Positions 14,422 through 27,603 of a stretch of 64,000 nucleotides of DNA are shown in pieces. How positions within the stretch are numbered: position 1 is the first letter of the stretch; every line of letters starts with the position of its first letter. The stretch covers positions 165,232,001 to 165,296,000 of the forward strand of contig CM059425.1 of assembly GCA_030390025.1 (NCBI GenBank), written 5' to 3'. The DNA comes from Squalus acanthias. Taxonomy: Eukaryota. Below the pieces are notes generated by a model, which was given only the letters and a program-made list of their open reading frames with translations, was not told the DNA's origin and ran no database searches. The translations under genes and the position numbers were made by a program.

Positions 14422-15264
14422 GGGCTGGATTTTGCCAGCCCCGAGGAGGCGGGTATGGAGGCGGGACTGCCGGTAAAGTTGCAGAAAGTGGGGGCGGATG
14501 GCAAACCCACCCCCAACCTGCCTCCGTGCCTTCTTGCCAGGAGGCGGGAAGCCGTCCTGACCCGGGTCCTGTCTTCTTGAGGCGGAAAAAGGATTAAATC
14601 CTTTTAACTGCCTGTTAACAGGTAGTTAACAGGCAGAAAAAAGGATTAGTCCCATTTTACCTTTTCAAGTGCAGGCTTCCCGACTTCTGAGAACCCCGCT
14701 GGGGTGGAGGAGTCGAGTAGGAGGTCTGCGGGGGTCGGAGGGGTCTGAAAGTGCAATGTAGAGGTGAGTGATGGGTGCAAGTGTGGTGTGGTAAGTATGT
14801 GAGGTGAGTGTAAAGTGTTAGAAAATGTTCACTTACCTTTGTTTCTGCCTACAGCCTTCAGCCGCTCTGGATCCGGTGTCTCGACATCTTCATTGTAGAT
14901 TTCACAGACTGGCTGTTGGATCCTCCGAACCAACAGTCATCTGATTTCTACAAAGTAGAAAGGTTTGATGAGTCCTGAACACAAGGGCTCATCAAACTAC
15001 ACAGAATGTCAGTGTTTGACAGCTTCACAGAGCTGTCAAATGCTGACATTTCTCCTTTCAAGAAATCTTGACAGATGGCATGTCAAACGTTGATGTGCTC
15101 TGTCAGTGACTTTCCCCTAATTGGCCTGCTGAGCCCACAGGGCGGGCTTAACAAGGTCAATCGGGAAAATCCCGCTGGTTGGCCAGAAGATGATGGAGGC
15201 GGGACTGAGACACGGCAAGCAGCAGTCCCGCCTCCAACACGTCTCCATTCAGAAAATCCAGCCC
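14422..15264. mobile_element. Harbinger-type MITE
   Basis: GGGCTGGATTTT...AAAATCCAGCCC TIRs. Confidence 0.7.
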
Positions 15265-15308
15265 TAAAACACTGTATTCATAATAATTTGCGATGTAATC
15301 TTTTACAG

Positions 15309-15467
15309 GCAAAACTGAATCAACCAATTTGTCAGGAATTCACTGTGGAGAATATGCTTTCAATGCTGCCTGCTTTTCCTAAAGCTCCCACCCAACGTCA
15401 GGCGAAGAGTGCTGTTGAGGCCTTAGTGAAAGCAGCTAACTACTCCAGGCTAATGGCTATGCAGCAG
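15309..15467 (+). CDS. Candidate host-gene coding exon (AKLNQPICQEF...RLMAMQQ)
   Basis: Non-repeat sequence with a ttttacag acceptor, 53 open codons and CAG|gtgatc donor (weak; alternative gtgaga at 15486). Phase 0-0. Confidence 0.5.
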
Positions 15468-15623
15468 GTGATCAAGCTAAAACTTGTGAGAGTATAGTGG
15501 CAGAAATAGATTTCAGATTATAATATCCTAAAATTGCTCTGACATAGATGTAAACTTTAGAATTGAAACTCTTCATTTTCTGCTTTGATAAGCTTACTTC
15601 CTCGTGTTTACTTCTGTGTCAAT

Positions 15624-15978
15624 TTGGCTCAGTTATTATCAACCTCTTTGCGTCAGAAGGCTGAGTGTTCAGGTTCTACTCCTGGACTTAGGCATGTAAG
15701 CTAGGCTGAGTGCAGTACTAAGGGAATGCTAAATTGTTCGAGGTGCCATCCTTTGGATGAGATGTTAAAATTAGGCCCTGTCAGGCGGATGTTAAAAATC
15801 CCATGGCACTATTTGAAGAAGAGCAGGAAGTTCTCCAGTGTCCTGGCCACTTTTCTTCCCTAAAACAGATTAATGCTCTTTATGAGAAATTGCTGCTCCA
15901 TTTGCCTACATAATAGTCACTGCATTTTTTGTGAAGCACTTTGCATATTTTGGAGAAGCATATATCAATTTAAGTCTT
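15624..15978 (+). mobile_element. Deu-domain SINE copy (degraded)
   Basis: Same head and core as 12908-13382. Confidence 0.7.
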
Positions 15979-16516
15979 TAGTGCTGATTTTAACCCAAGG
16001 GGAATGGGGCGGATGGGTGTTTAAATTAGCAGTAGGGTACTTACCAATGTGTTCACGATGCGCTCCTGCACAACGCCATCTTAACCACACTTTTCTGAGT
16101 CATTCAAGGCACCCATCAGCGGCAGGCAGGGCCTTATAAATAAATGTAAACCAGGATCCTATAACACAGTTAGGACCCCGACGTTATTTTAATGCAAAAT
16201 CACAGAAGTCCCTCCCAGCCCCACAGTGTCCAACCCACCAGTAAAACCTTCTGAGATTGGCCTCTCAAAGCCACTGAAGCAGTATTTAAAGGTGCATAAG
16301 ATCTGTGTGCTCTTGTGCTGTTTGGATTGCCAGGAGAGCTTCCAGCTTCCAGATCACTTCTTTCTTGTACTTTTCACTTTACTTACCCTCAGTAAGCGTT
16401 ATCTGCTTAGTAAGGGTCCTATTTTTGCCAGTTTTATTTCGATGGAGAAAAAGTTGGAGGAAGAGGAGCTGCAGCAGCAGCCTCAGCAACCAGCAAGAGC
16501 AGCAGCTGGGCCTATT

Positions 16517-17156
16517 GCATAGGATTACAGAGAATTTCCAGTACAGAAACAGGCCATTCGCCCCAACCAGTCCATGCTGGCGTTTATTCTTCACTCAAGT
16601 CTCCTCCCATCCTTCCTCATCTAACTCTAACAGCATAAACCTCTATTCCCTTCTCCCTCATATGCTTATCTGGCCTCCCCTTAAATGCATCTATACTATT
16701 CGCCTCAACTACTCCCTATGGTAGCGAGTTCCACATTCTCACCACCCTCTGGGCAAAGAAGTTTCTTCTGAATTCCCTATTTGATTTCTTGGTGACTATT
16801 TTATCTTGATGGTCTCTCGTTTTGCTCTTCCCACAAGTGGAAACACTCATTCTGTGTCTACTTTATCAAAACCTTTCATAATGTTCAAGACCTCTATTAG
16901 GTCACCCCTCAGCCTTTTCTTTTCAAGAGAAAAGAGACCCAGCCTGCTCATCCTTTCCTGATAGATATAACCTCACAGTTCTGGTGTCATCTGTGTAAAT
17001 CTTTTTTGCACCCTCTCCAGTGCCTCTATATCCCTTTTATAATATGGCGAACAGAACTGTACACAGTACTTCAAGTGTGGTCTAACCAAAGTTTGATATA
17101 AGTTTAGCATAACTTCTCTACTTTTCAATTCCATCCCTCCAGAAATAAACCCTATT
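16517..17156 (-). mobile_element. CR1 3' fragment
   Basis: LVRPHLKYCVQF...LERVQKRF. The 3' end resembles the one at 42506. CCTATT occurs at both ends. Confidence 0.85.
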
Positions 17157-17382
17157 AGAAGACAAAAGATGAGGGGGCTGCTTGTAGGAGGCCATACCCA
17201 GCACACAGCATACAGGCCAAGAGTCACTTTCTTGGATCTATCTGAAGAATAGTGCATCAGGAGGCTGTGCTTCTCCATGCAGGCTGTAGCAGACATCTAC
17301 AGCTTCTTGCATCAGGATCTGCTGGCTTCTGGACCAGGGGGCCATGCTTTGCCAGCAGCTCTCAAAGTCAACACTGCCTTTA

Positions 17383-17778
17383 ACCTCTCATCCTTGTTTC
17401 CAAATCCTTCTGTGGCCTCACCCCTCCCTATCTCTGTAGCCTCCTCCAGCCCTACAAGCCTTTGTGATCTCTGCGCTCCTCCATTTCTGACCTCTTGAGC
17501 ATCCCCGATTTTAATCACTCCACCCTTGGCGGCTGTGTCTTTTGCTGCCTTGGCCCTAAGCTCTGGAATTCCCTCCCTAAACCTCTCCGCCTCTCTTCCT
17601 CTCTTTCCTGCTTTAAGATGCTCCTTAAAACCTACCTCTTTAACCAAGCTTTTGGTCATCAGTCCTAATATCTCCTTATGTGGCTCGGTGTCCAATTTTG
17701 TTTGATAACACTCCTATAAAGCGCCTTGGGACGTTTTGTTACATTAAAGGAACTTTATAAATGCAAGTTGTTATTGTT
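17383..17778 (+). mobile_element. L2 3' fragment
   Basis: Matches the 3' end of 39355-40645. Confidence 0.8.
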
Positions 17779-17955
17779 TGCATGGATGAAATCCATCTAG
17801 ACATGGGGTTTTATCCTCTAAGTTTAATTAGTTTATCAATTATCTTCCCCCTTTATATCTTAAAAGTCTTTGTATCTTTTTTGAGCTCATCTTCTAATGT
17901 CATGTCTACCCTATTGGTCTCCCTGGTAAATATGGTGGAAAAGTAACTATTCAAT

Positions 17956-18595
17956 GACCCGTATTTTCTGATCCCTATGGGTGTGTACGAGCTGTGCATG
18001 CGCTGAAATCCTCTTGACAGATCCTCCACCTGCCCTGGAGAAGGGCATCTGCGGGTGGAGAGTTCCGCTTTCTGCAGAACCTCCGCCCGCTGAAAACCAT
18101 TAAAAATCTTACGCCCGGTAAAAGCAGGCATAAGGCCTGCTTTTACCAGCATAAGAATTTTAAAAAAGTTTCGTTTATTTTTAGCCCCGTGAAAAACTTA
18201 ATTTTTTTTTCAAAAAATTAAATTTTTGTTTAAAATATTTAATTTAATGTAATTTTAACTAATTTTAAAAACGTGATTTTAAAATGTTTTATTTAATGTT
18301 TTAATGTGTTTTTTGAGTGATCCCCATTCATACTTTTGACGGGTCTAAGCTGAGAGATCTATCAAAAGTATGAAGGGGGATTCCTTTCTTTCATTGGTTC
18401 CCCATGGCCCACGTGATCCCAGGGACGCTTGCGAACCGCATGTGCCCCTGTAATACCTGGGCCCTGCGCATTTCGTAGAGCAGAGGCCCAGGAGCGGAAA
18501 TGTCTGGACCTCCGGAGCCCTCAGGTAAGGGCATAGATTTTTTCCAGATCGGAGGTCTCCGCACGCAGGAAGCTTCTGATCGGAAAATACAGGCC
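17956..18595. mobile_element. MITE family A copy
   Basis: GACCCGTATTTTCTGAT...ATCGGAAAATACAGGCC termini; AAT TSD. Confidence 0.8.
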
Positions 18596-19568
18596 AATAT
18601 TTCTGCCATTTCACTGTCATTGCCTGTGTGTTTATCTTGTGCATTCCTTAGTGGCCCTATCCCTACCCTGATTTTTCATTTGTTGTTTATGAGTCTGTAG
18701 AATATTTTACTATTTCTTTTTATATACCTTGATAATTTAATTTCGTAGTTCTTTACTTTCCCAATTTTTTTTATTTCTTTTCTAATCTCTTCATATTCCC
18801 TTTTGTCATCCTCTCCTTTATTGTCTGTGAACTTAATGTATGCCTTTTCTTTTAGTTTCAATTTTGATCTTATCTCTTTATTGATCCATGGTGTTTCATT
18901 ATTGGCTAATTTGTTCTAGTTTGTTAGCAGAATATATTTATCACCGATTTAAATATTTACCACTGCTGTTCTATCTCTTTGTCAAAAAAAAAAAATTACC
19001 TTCCCTAGTTCCATTCTCATTGCCTCAAATTAGCTTTTTTCCAATCTATTACTTATGTCTTTCTCAATCATGATTTTAAACCTTACTATATTGTGATCGC
19101 TATTGCCTAGATGTTCCTCTATGCTTACTTCTCTTATCTTCTCTGGTTCATTTCCCATTACTAGATCCAGCAGTGATTGCTCTCTTGTTGAGCTTCTTAC
19201 ATACTGGGTAAGTAAGAAGTCTTGAACACACTGTTAAAAATTCCATTCCCTTTTCCCCTTTACCTACCTTTTCTTACAAGTTTATCTGGGGGTAGTTAAA
19301 ATCTTCCATTATTATTTTTCTATACTTTTACTCATTTCATAAATTTTATTACATATTTCTTCCTCCACTTTCCTTCCACTATTAGGTGGTCTGTAGAATA
19401 CCCCTATTAGCGTGATCGATCCCTTATCATTTATCTCAGTCCATTTGTTTCTGTTTCTATCTTACTGTAAGTTATGTCCCTTTTTTATACTGCCAGTATG
19501 TTATCTCTAATTCGGACAGCTACCCCACCCCCTCCCCTTCTTCCTTCCCTATCCTTTCTAAACATATT

Positions 19569-20326
19569 GGCCCGTAATTTCCGATAGGAGGCTCCCTGCG
19601 TGCGGATGCCTCCTATTGGAAAAAAATCTACGCACTTACCTGACGGCTCCCGAGGTCCGGACACTTCTGCTCCTGGGCCTCTCCACAGTCGAAATGCGCA
19701 GGGCCCACATATCCCAGAGGCGCTTGTGATTCACAAGCGTCCCTGGGATCACGTGGGCCAGGCGAGCCAATGAAAGAAGGGAATCTTCCTTCATACTTTT
19801 GACAGATAGACCTGTCAAAAGTATGAATGGAGATCACTCCAAAAAGACACTAAAACATTAAATATTTTTTTTTTTAAATCACACTTCTAAAATGAGTTAA
19901 AATTACATTAAATTAAATATTTTAAACAAAAATTTAATTAAAAAAAAATAATAATTAAAGTTTTTTACGGGGCTAAAAATAAACTTATCTTTTTTATAAG
20001 TATTTTTAAATTATAAATGAATGAAATTTTTTTTTTAAAACTTTTTTAAACTCTTATGCTGGTAAAAGCAGGCCTTATGCCTGCTTTTACCAGGCGTAAG
20101 ATTTCTAAGGGTTTTCAACGGGCGGAGGTTCTGCAGAAAGCGGAACTCTCCACCCGCAGAGGCCCTTCTCCAGGGCAGGCATCTGATCTGTCAAGAGGAT
20201 TCTTGACAGGTCGGAAATGCCGGTTTTCAGCGCATGCGCTTCGCATGCCTGAAACTGGCATTTCCGATGTCCCTATGGGTGTGTACACAACTCGTACACA
20301 CCCGTAGGCATCGGAAAATACGGGCC
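19569..20326. mobile_element. MITE family A copy (opposite orientation)
   Basis: GGCCCGTAATTTCCGAT...ATCGGAAAATACGGGCC termini; ATT TSD. Removing the element restores the CR1 reading GYNMFRKDR. Confidence 0.85.
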
Positions 20327-23300
20327 ATTATATCCTGCAATATTTAGCTGCCAGTTGTGCTCTTTATTAAGCCATGTTTCAGTTATCCCTATTACATCCG
20401 GCTCCTCGCTATGAATTATTGCCTCCAGTTCCCCCATTTGTTTCAGATGCTGTCCACATTGCTCTACAGGCAATTTAATTTGTTTTTATTTTTAAGTTAT
20501 TTTATACTTATCTACCTGCTCCCTGACCGTTTATGTTACTTTATTCCTTACCTTGGTCTGACCTTTACTCTTATCTCCTATTTCTTTTATCCCCAGGATT
20601 ATGTTATTTTCACCAGATCCACTGCCCGCCATCCCCCCCTCCCCCCCCCCCATCCCCCCCCCCCCCCCTCCACCACAGCCCTATTTATCCTTTCCGCTCG
20701 GACTCTGGTACCATTCCAATTCAGGTGGAGCCTGTCCCAACAATACAGCTCCTTCCTGTCCAAGTACTGGTGCTAGTGTCCCATGAAATGCAACCCCTCC
20801 TTCCCACACCAGTCTTTCAGCTACATATTCACCTTCCTAATATGTCTATCCCCATACCAATTAGTACATGGCTCAGGTAGTAATCCCGAGATTACCACCC
20901 GTGAGGTCCTGGTTTTTAATTTAGCTCCTTCCTTCTGATATTCCCTTAGCAGGACCTCCTCCCTTTTCTTCCCTATGTCATTGGTCCCGACATGGACCAT
21001 GACAACTCGATCTACCCCCTCCCTTTCCAAGTTTCTCTTCAGTTGCTCCAAGATATCATTTACCCTTGCACCAGGTAGGCAGCACACCCTCCTGGACTCT
21101 CGGTCATGACTGCAAAGGATGCTATCTACCCTCCTAATTATTGAATCCCCTATGACTACAACCTTTCTATTCTGCTACTTCCCTCCTTGGACTGTCTCCT
21201 GCTCCATGGTACCATGGTTAACATTCTGGCCATCCTCCCTGCAGCCTTCATCCTTACCTCACAGATAGCAAGTACATTGTACCTGTTGGATAGGACTGGT
21301 GTCTGTGGCACTTCCTTCTCTAACACCCCTAAGTTCCCTTTACCCTGCTGACTGACAGTCACAATCTCCCCTTCCTGCACTTGTGCTTTCCTCTTAAGTG
21401 TGACTGTAGTTGGGAGAAAACTATCCAGATATTCCTCCCCCTCCCTTATGTGTCTGAGTGTCTCTAACACGCACTCTAGCTCAATGTCTCTGAGTTGGAG
21501 TGACTCAAGGAAAAGATATTTCCTGCAGATGTGGCAACCCGGGACAGTCTTGCTGTCCACAAAATCCCATACACTGCAGTCCCGACATACTGCCTGTGCT
21601 GTCATTTATAATATTATTTATTTATTTATTGTTAGTCATTTATTTCTGTAGCTAATAAAATTACTTGAGGTGTAGTATTAATTAGTTGATGTATAGGTTT
21701 GATTTCAGATTAATTAGTAATTAATTACGCTGATTATTTGTTATTTAAGAATGGCAGGTAATTATTTAATGCCAAATTAATCCCCTTAATGTTAGTTTCC
21801 TCCACTTAGTTTATTTTATCCCCTTATATATATTTAGGCTATTTAGCCTCTTAGGTCTATTTGTTTACCTAAAGGATATTATCCTCTTAATACTTAAGAT
21901 AAATGGTAAATTATACACTTACCTCTAATTCCTCGGGTCCTCCGCTCCTCACTCTGTTATGGCATCACTTTTTGAATTTTTCCCTCTGTTTGTCTGGATA
22001 CGCTCTGCTGCTACCAGCTCTCGTGCGCTGCTTAAATCTGCCGCTCTGGTTCTCCCAATAGGCGCTGCTGCTGCCGGGTCTCGTGCGCTGTTTAAATCTG
22101 TCACTCTGGTTCTCCCAATAGGCTCTGCTCAGGTAGGAACAGGATGGTAATGGAGTTAAAATTGCATCAGAGAACTTACTGCCTCATTCATGCTTGATTG
22201 TCACCCACCGTCATCTTAACCACACAGTTTTTTATGCATCTAAGGTGCCTGCCTAAAGTAACCTCATTACTCGGGGTTCTATGATGTCATTAGGATCCCA
22301 ATGAGATTTTAACATGCAGAAACTGAAGCTCCACCCAGTGCTTAACTCGCTGAGTAAAATCTAGTCGAGTTAGTTTCCAAATGACAATTGGAAGTGGTAT
22401 TTAAAGGGGCACTCACCTGAAAGCAGTCAGATCATTGGTATCTGTTTGCTATAGCATTTTTTGGACTTCCACAGAAGTGTTTGCCTTGGAGATTGCATTT
22501 AATCTGCTTCTACACACTCAATAAGCACAAACTTTATGATGGGTGTCATTCTTGCCACTTTGGTTGCAGGAAGAGGAGCAACAGCAGCAGCACCACCCTT
22601 AACTTGCCTTGGGCTCCTTCCAGGCTGCAACAGATGATATTTCTTGCAACAGTCAACCTGCAGTCCATTAATGCTGAAATTAGTTCACTAATGCCCTCTT
22701 TGCCAGGCTAACAACTAGATCACTTTTCCAATGGATGCTGGCAGTCATATCAAAAGGGTCTGTGGGATTTTCTGCAGTAACCGGCTTCCCACTATTGAGG
22801 GTGCTGTACAGTGCACACATGTAGCCATCAAGACAGCCAGCTGCTTCCCTGATTTCCAGCTGGATTTTCCAACTCACATCTCGCTGCTTTCTATTGTAGT
22901 CATGTAGTCATGTTTAACTTGCCTTTTGACTTTCTAATGCCTTTTTGCATGGATGAGTGAGGTGATGCTTTTTATAATATATATACAGCCATTTTCATAT
23001 CTTTCCTGCGATTTAAGATCTGCTTACAGACTATTAAATCAATTAGTTGCCTCTTTTACTCAGTCCATTCAAAGGAGTTTTCCTTTTGACTATGCTTATT
23101 CCGATGAAAAGTATCACTTGAAATGTTAAGCTGTCTTTTTCTTTCAGATGCTAGTTGAACTGTTGTGCATTGCCAGAATTTTCTGTTTCGATTTCTAAGT
23201 ACATCATGTGTATTTTTATCTCTTATATGATCAGATTTTGCTTGTATACGATCATCTTTGCCTTCGGTATTTCCTTTGTACCTTCTGTTGGTTTCTCTGT

Positions 23301-23344
23301 ATAAACATAAGTGTGACCACATCAAAAAAATGTGAAAATAAGGT

Positions 23345-24136
23345 ACAACAACTTGTATTTATAAAGTACCTTTAATGTAGTAAAACATCCCAAGGTGCTT
23401 CACAGGAGTGTTATCAAATAAAATTTGACACCGAGCCACATAAGGAGATATTAGGGCAGGTGACCAAAAGCTTTGTCAAATAGGTAGGTTTTAAGGAGCG
23501 TCTTAAAGGAGGAGAGAGAGGTAGCGAGGTGGAGAGGTTTAGGGAGGGAATTCCAGAGCTTAGGGCCTAGGCACCTGAAGGCACGGCCACCAATGGTAGA
23601 GCGATTAAAATAGGGGATGCTCAAGAGGGCAGAATTGGAGGAGCAGAGGTATCTCGGAGGGTTGTAGGGCTGTAGGATATTACAGAGATAGGGAGGGGTG
23701 AGGCCATGGAGGGATTTGAAATCAAGGATGAAAATTTTTAAATTGAGGCGTTGCTTAACCGGGAGCCAATGTAGGTCAGCGAGCAAAGGGTGATGGGCAA
23801 TGTTCCCGCTAATTATTTTGGGTGCGTGGCCTCTTTAGCAGGCTGCATGGCCCATTGAAATTTCCGCACATGTGCGGGATCTTCAGACCGCCGCACAGCT
23901 TAACAAAAACATTGGTGATGTGTGATCGGCACTTGGTTCGAGTTAGGACACAGGCAACAGAGTTTTGGATGACCTCAAGTTTATGGAGGGTAGAAAATGG
24001 GAGGCTGTTCAGGATGTAGTCTATTGGAATAGTCAAGTCTACAGGTAACAAAGGCATGGATGAGGTTTTCAGCAGCAGATGAGTTGAGGCAGGGACGGAG
24101 TCGGGCGATGTTACAGAGGTGGAAATAGGCGGTCTT
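23345..24136 (-). mobile_element. L2 3' fragment with a small nested insert (~23805-23912)
   Basis: LADLHWLPVKQR...LWNSLP...LKTYLF. Confidence 0.85.
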
Positions 24137-24181
24137 AAAAGGTAATAGCTGGTTTATTTCTCTCGTACCCGGAAAAATATT

Positions 24182-24923
24182 GGCCTGGATTTTCCAGGGC
24201 CTCTGTGCGTACGCGGTTGTAAGTGCCCCGCAAGTTACGGTTTCCGTACGCGCTGCGCATGAGCGAAAACCCGGAACTTGCGATCTGTCAAGTTTCACCT
24301 TGACATATCGTACGAATGCGCAGGAAATGGACATTCGCTGGTGGAGAGTTGGGCTATTTGCCCAACGAATGCCCATGAAACTCTTACGCCTGGTGAAAGC
24401 AGGCGTAAGGTCTTTTACCAGCGTAAGGGTTTAAATAAATATTAAAATAAAATTTTAAAAATCATTTACACATTCAAAAACCTTTAAAATTAGTTTAGAT
24501 AATTTTTGGCCCCTTTAAAAATGTTTAAATTTTTTTTTTTTAATTTAATTTTTGTTTTAAATGTTTAATTAAATTGTATTTTAATTACTTTTTAACATGC
24601 AATGATTTATTTTTATTTAAGTGGGGTGAAAGTGTGTTTTTTAGGGGATTCCTATTATGCTTATGGGGATTCTGTACGTAAATGGAATCCCCATAAGCAT
24701 AATGGGAATCCACCTTTGTGATTGGTTGGGCCGGCCCACATGGTCCCAGGAATGCTTGCAAACCGCATGCGCCCCTGGGATACGTGGGCCTTTACGCAGA
24801 CATACGCCCGCAGGCCCAGGACCACAAGAGTCCTAAGATACGGAGGCACCAGGTAGGTGCGTACTTTTCTTGCGGTTTGGAGGCATTTGCCCGTGGGAAG
24901 CCTCCGACCGCAATTTCCAGTCC
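24182..24923. mobile_element. MITE family A-related copy
   Basis: GGCCTGGATTTTCC...CAATTTCCAGTCC termini; ATT TSD; same internal layout as family A. Confidence 0.75.
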
Positions 24924-26157
24924 ATTAAATGAAAGTTATGATGTTACTCAGTTATTTTACTTTGCTATTAATTTGTTTTCTCATCTAGTTCTCCTTGCTT
25001 TTTTTATGTTTTCATTCCATCTATCCTCCACTTTGACTTTTCTTCTCTCTCTCCTTTGTTTTCTGTTTCTCTTTTCATACTCTGTTTTTTCTCTGGCACT
25101 CTTCCTTGGTTTTCTCTCTCTTAGTTCTGCTTTTGTCTCTATTTGTTATTTTTCTTAAATTTTTACTTCCTATTTTCTCGCTTACTTAAGACATCAAAAA
25201 AGTTTGGAATGAGCAAAGGCAGTTCGGTCCACCAAAGCTCATTGCTTTAGTACCCTGGTTCTCCCAGCATAGCAGCATAGCATCCAACTACATTCTGACA
25301 GCCCATAAAGTTTTTTTTTCCCCTGTCCTGTCCAAGAGATTACTCAAGATGTTTATTGGCTCGGTTGTTAGCTTGCATTTGCATCATTTTGCTGCTTGCC
25401 AGTTGGAAATCAACTGATATTGATGCCTCGGGCCCTCTTGAGTTTCTTGGATTTAAAAAATGTGCTCTCTGCTATACAGAGCACGAATTGAACCATTGCA
25501 GCTGCCATTTTGAATTTGGCAATCCCCACTCCCATTGGGTTTCTCTAATTTTTTTAATTCTTTTCCATGTCCATGCTTGTTTAAAATCTTGTAAAATGTA
25601 GCAATCCATATGTAGATTGTAACAAAATGTGGCAATCTCCATATGGATGGCAACATTGTAGCTGACTACTTTAAGATGAATGAGAGCAGTCTGGTTTGAC
25701 GTGCCCTCTGATTTCTTCTTTCTTCCTGTGGCAAGTGTCCCACTTTGCTAGAGAAATTAGGCTTTTTGAAATTTTCCAGGTGGGGAATCCTGGGCATGAA
25801 TTTATGTAATCCCAATCCTGGAGCAGCATGTTGGTGTACAAATGGGCTGTTGCAATTTGCAAAAGTAGGACTTATTTTTAAGTTAATCGTGTAAATTTGA
25901 GTTGTTTAGTCTAACACTTCTTTCCTATGTCTATAATTTATCCTGTCACACAAATAATTTAATTATTTAGTTATTAGTCTTAACAAGTGGCATGCTATGT
26001 AAATGATGTTTAAATATTACATGGAGTTTAAAACAGAGCTGACTTTAATAGCCTAGTTTTACTACAGTATGCTTCTTAATTTGTTGCAGTCAGAACAGAC
26101 GATTCACAAAGCAAGTGCTTACTCTAAATTCCATATAAACCCTTTCCTGTCATGTAG

Positions 26158-26316
26158 GTTAAAGCTCAACAAGTCGAATTGGATTGGAGTTGGATTTCCA
26201 CAAGTCCATGTATGACATTCAGGTGAAATACACGGAGGCACTTTTCCAAGGAATCAAGCAGGCATATCATGCTTTTCAAGACAATGTAGCTAAGGCCCTA
26301 TGTTTACCACTGCAAG
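26158..26316 (+). CDS. Candidate host-gene exon (VKAQQVEL..ELDFHKSMYDIQVKYTEALFQGIKQAYHAFQDNVAKALCLPLQ) with an apparent frameshift
   Basis: Acceptor ccctttcctgtcatgtag and consensus donor AAG|gtaagt. The peptide is helical/coiled-coil-like. A TTGGA duplication at ~26179-26188 breaks the frame from a phase-0 start. Confidence 0.55.
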
Positions 26317-26856
26317 GTAAGTACATCTTTATATAAATGGAAACAATTTCACTAGATTTCAGTGCTGACTGGTGAGGATAAACATAGCAGCTACCAGAAC
26401 TATTTTTCTTAACAGATTAGCTTTACACAAAATATATATGCCTGCAAAATACATTAAGACAGACAAAGGCCACAGGATATAATAAGTATTGTATTGAAAA
26501 TTTCTAATGTGGAATCTATCAGTTTAAAGGCATCAGACATTAATTTTCTTAAATTGTCTTCACTTTATTTTGGCTAAAATTGCACATTGTGTGTTGAGCT
26601 GGTTTTTCAAGGTGGGGAGAGAAGCAAGAGGTGGAGGGGTTTAGAGAGGGAGTTCCAGAGAAAGAGACAAGGCAGCTAAAGGTTCTGCCACCAATGGTGA
26701 GACGAAGGGACTGGAAATGCACAAAAGCCCAGAGTCAAAAGGCTAAAGGATGCGGGAGGGGATATAAAACTAGAGGGTATTGGAGAAAAATATTCTGTTG
26801 GTTTCAGCAGTTGAGGTAGGAGCAGAAACAGACAGTTTTACAGAGATGGAAACATT

Positions 26857-27603
26857 GGTGCAGAAATTCCGATCCCTACGGGTGTGTACGCGCTGTGTAC
26901 TCACCCATAGGGACATCGGAAATGCCGGTTTCAGGTATGCACTGCGCATGCGCTGGAAACCGGCATTTCCGATCTGTCAAGAAAGCTCTTGACAGATCCT
27001 CCGGCTGCCCTGGAGAAGGGCCTCTGCGGTTGGAGAATTCCGCTTTTTGGAGATCCTCCGCCCGCAGAAAACCCTTACAATTCTTGCGCCTGGTAAAAGC
27101 AGGCATAAGGCCTGCTTTTACCAGGATAAGAGTTAAAAAAAGTTTTTTAAAAAATGTTTCCACTGATTTATCATTTAAAAATACTTTAAAGAAAGGTAAG
27201 TTTATTTTTAGCCCCGTTAAAAACTTTAATTATTTTTTTCAAAAAATAAAATTTTTGTTTAAAATACTTAATTTATTGTAATTTAAAGTCATTTTAAAAA
27301 TGTGATTTTTTAAAAAAAATTTATTTAAAGTTTTACTATGTTTTGGGGCTGATCTCTATTCATATGTTTGACAGGTCTTCCTGTCAAATATATGAAGGGA
27401 GATTACCTTCTCTGATTGGCTCCCCATGCAGGGACGCTGCGAACCGCCTGCGCCTCTGGGATACATGGGCCCTGTGCACCGGCAGTTTGGAGAGGCCCAG
27501 CAGAAGAACTCTGCGCCTCCCGGGAGCCCTCCGGTCTTGGCACAGATTTTTCCAGATCGCAGGCCTCCCGCGGGCGGAGGCCTGCGAATGGAATTTCTGG
27601 GCC
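26857..27603. mobile_element. MITE family A copy
   Basis: GGTGCAGAAATTCC...GGAATTTCTGGGCC termini; internal sequence shared with 19569-20326. Confidence 0.8.

Larger units (their letters stand above)
17830..22130 (-). mobile_element. Degraded CR1 LINE (ORF1 and 5' ORF2) interrupted by two MITEs
   Basis: ORF1 fragments 21605-20821 (CRDC, CCLPGARV, HVGTNDIG) and endonuclease fragment ITETWL at 20473-20330. Confidence 0.8.

Noticed and set aside
20625..20672. Poly-C/proline-rich ORFs
   Set aside because: A low-complexity C-run inside a decayed CR1.
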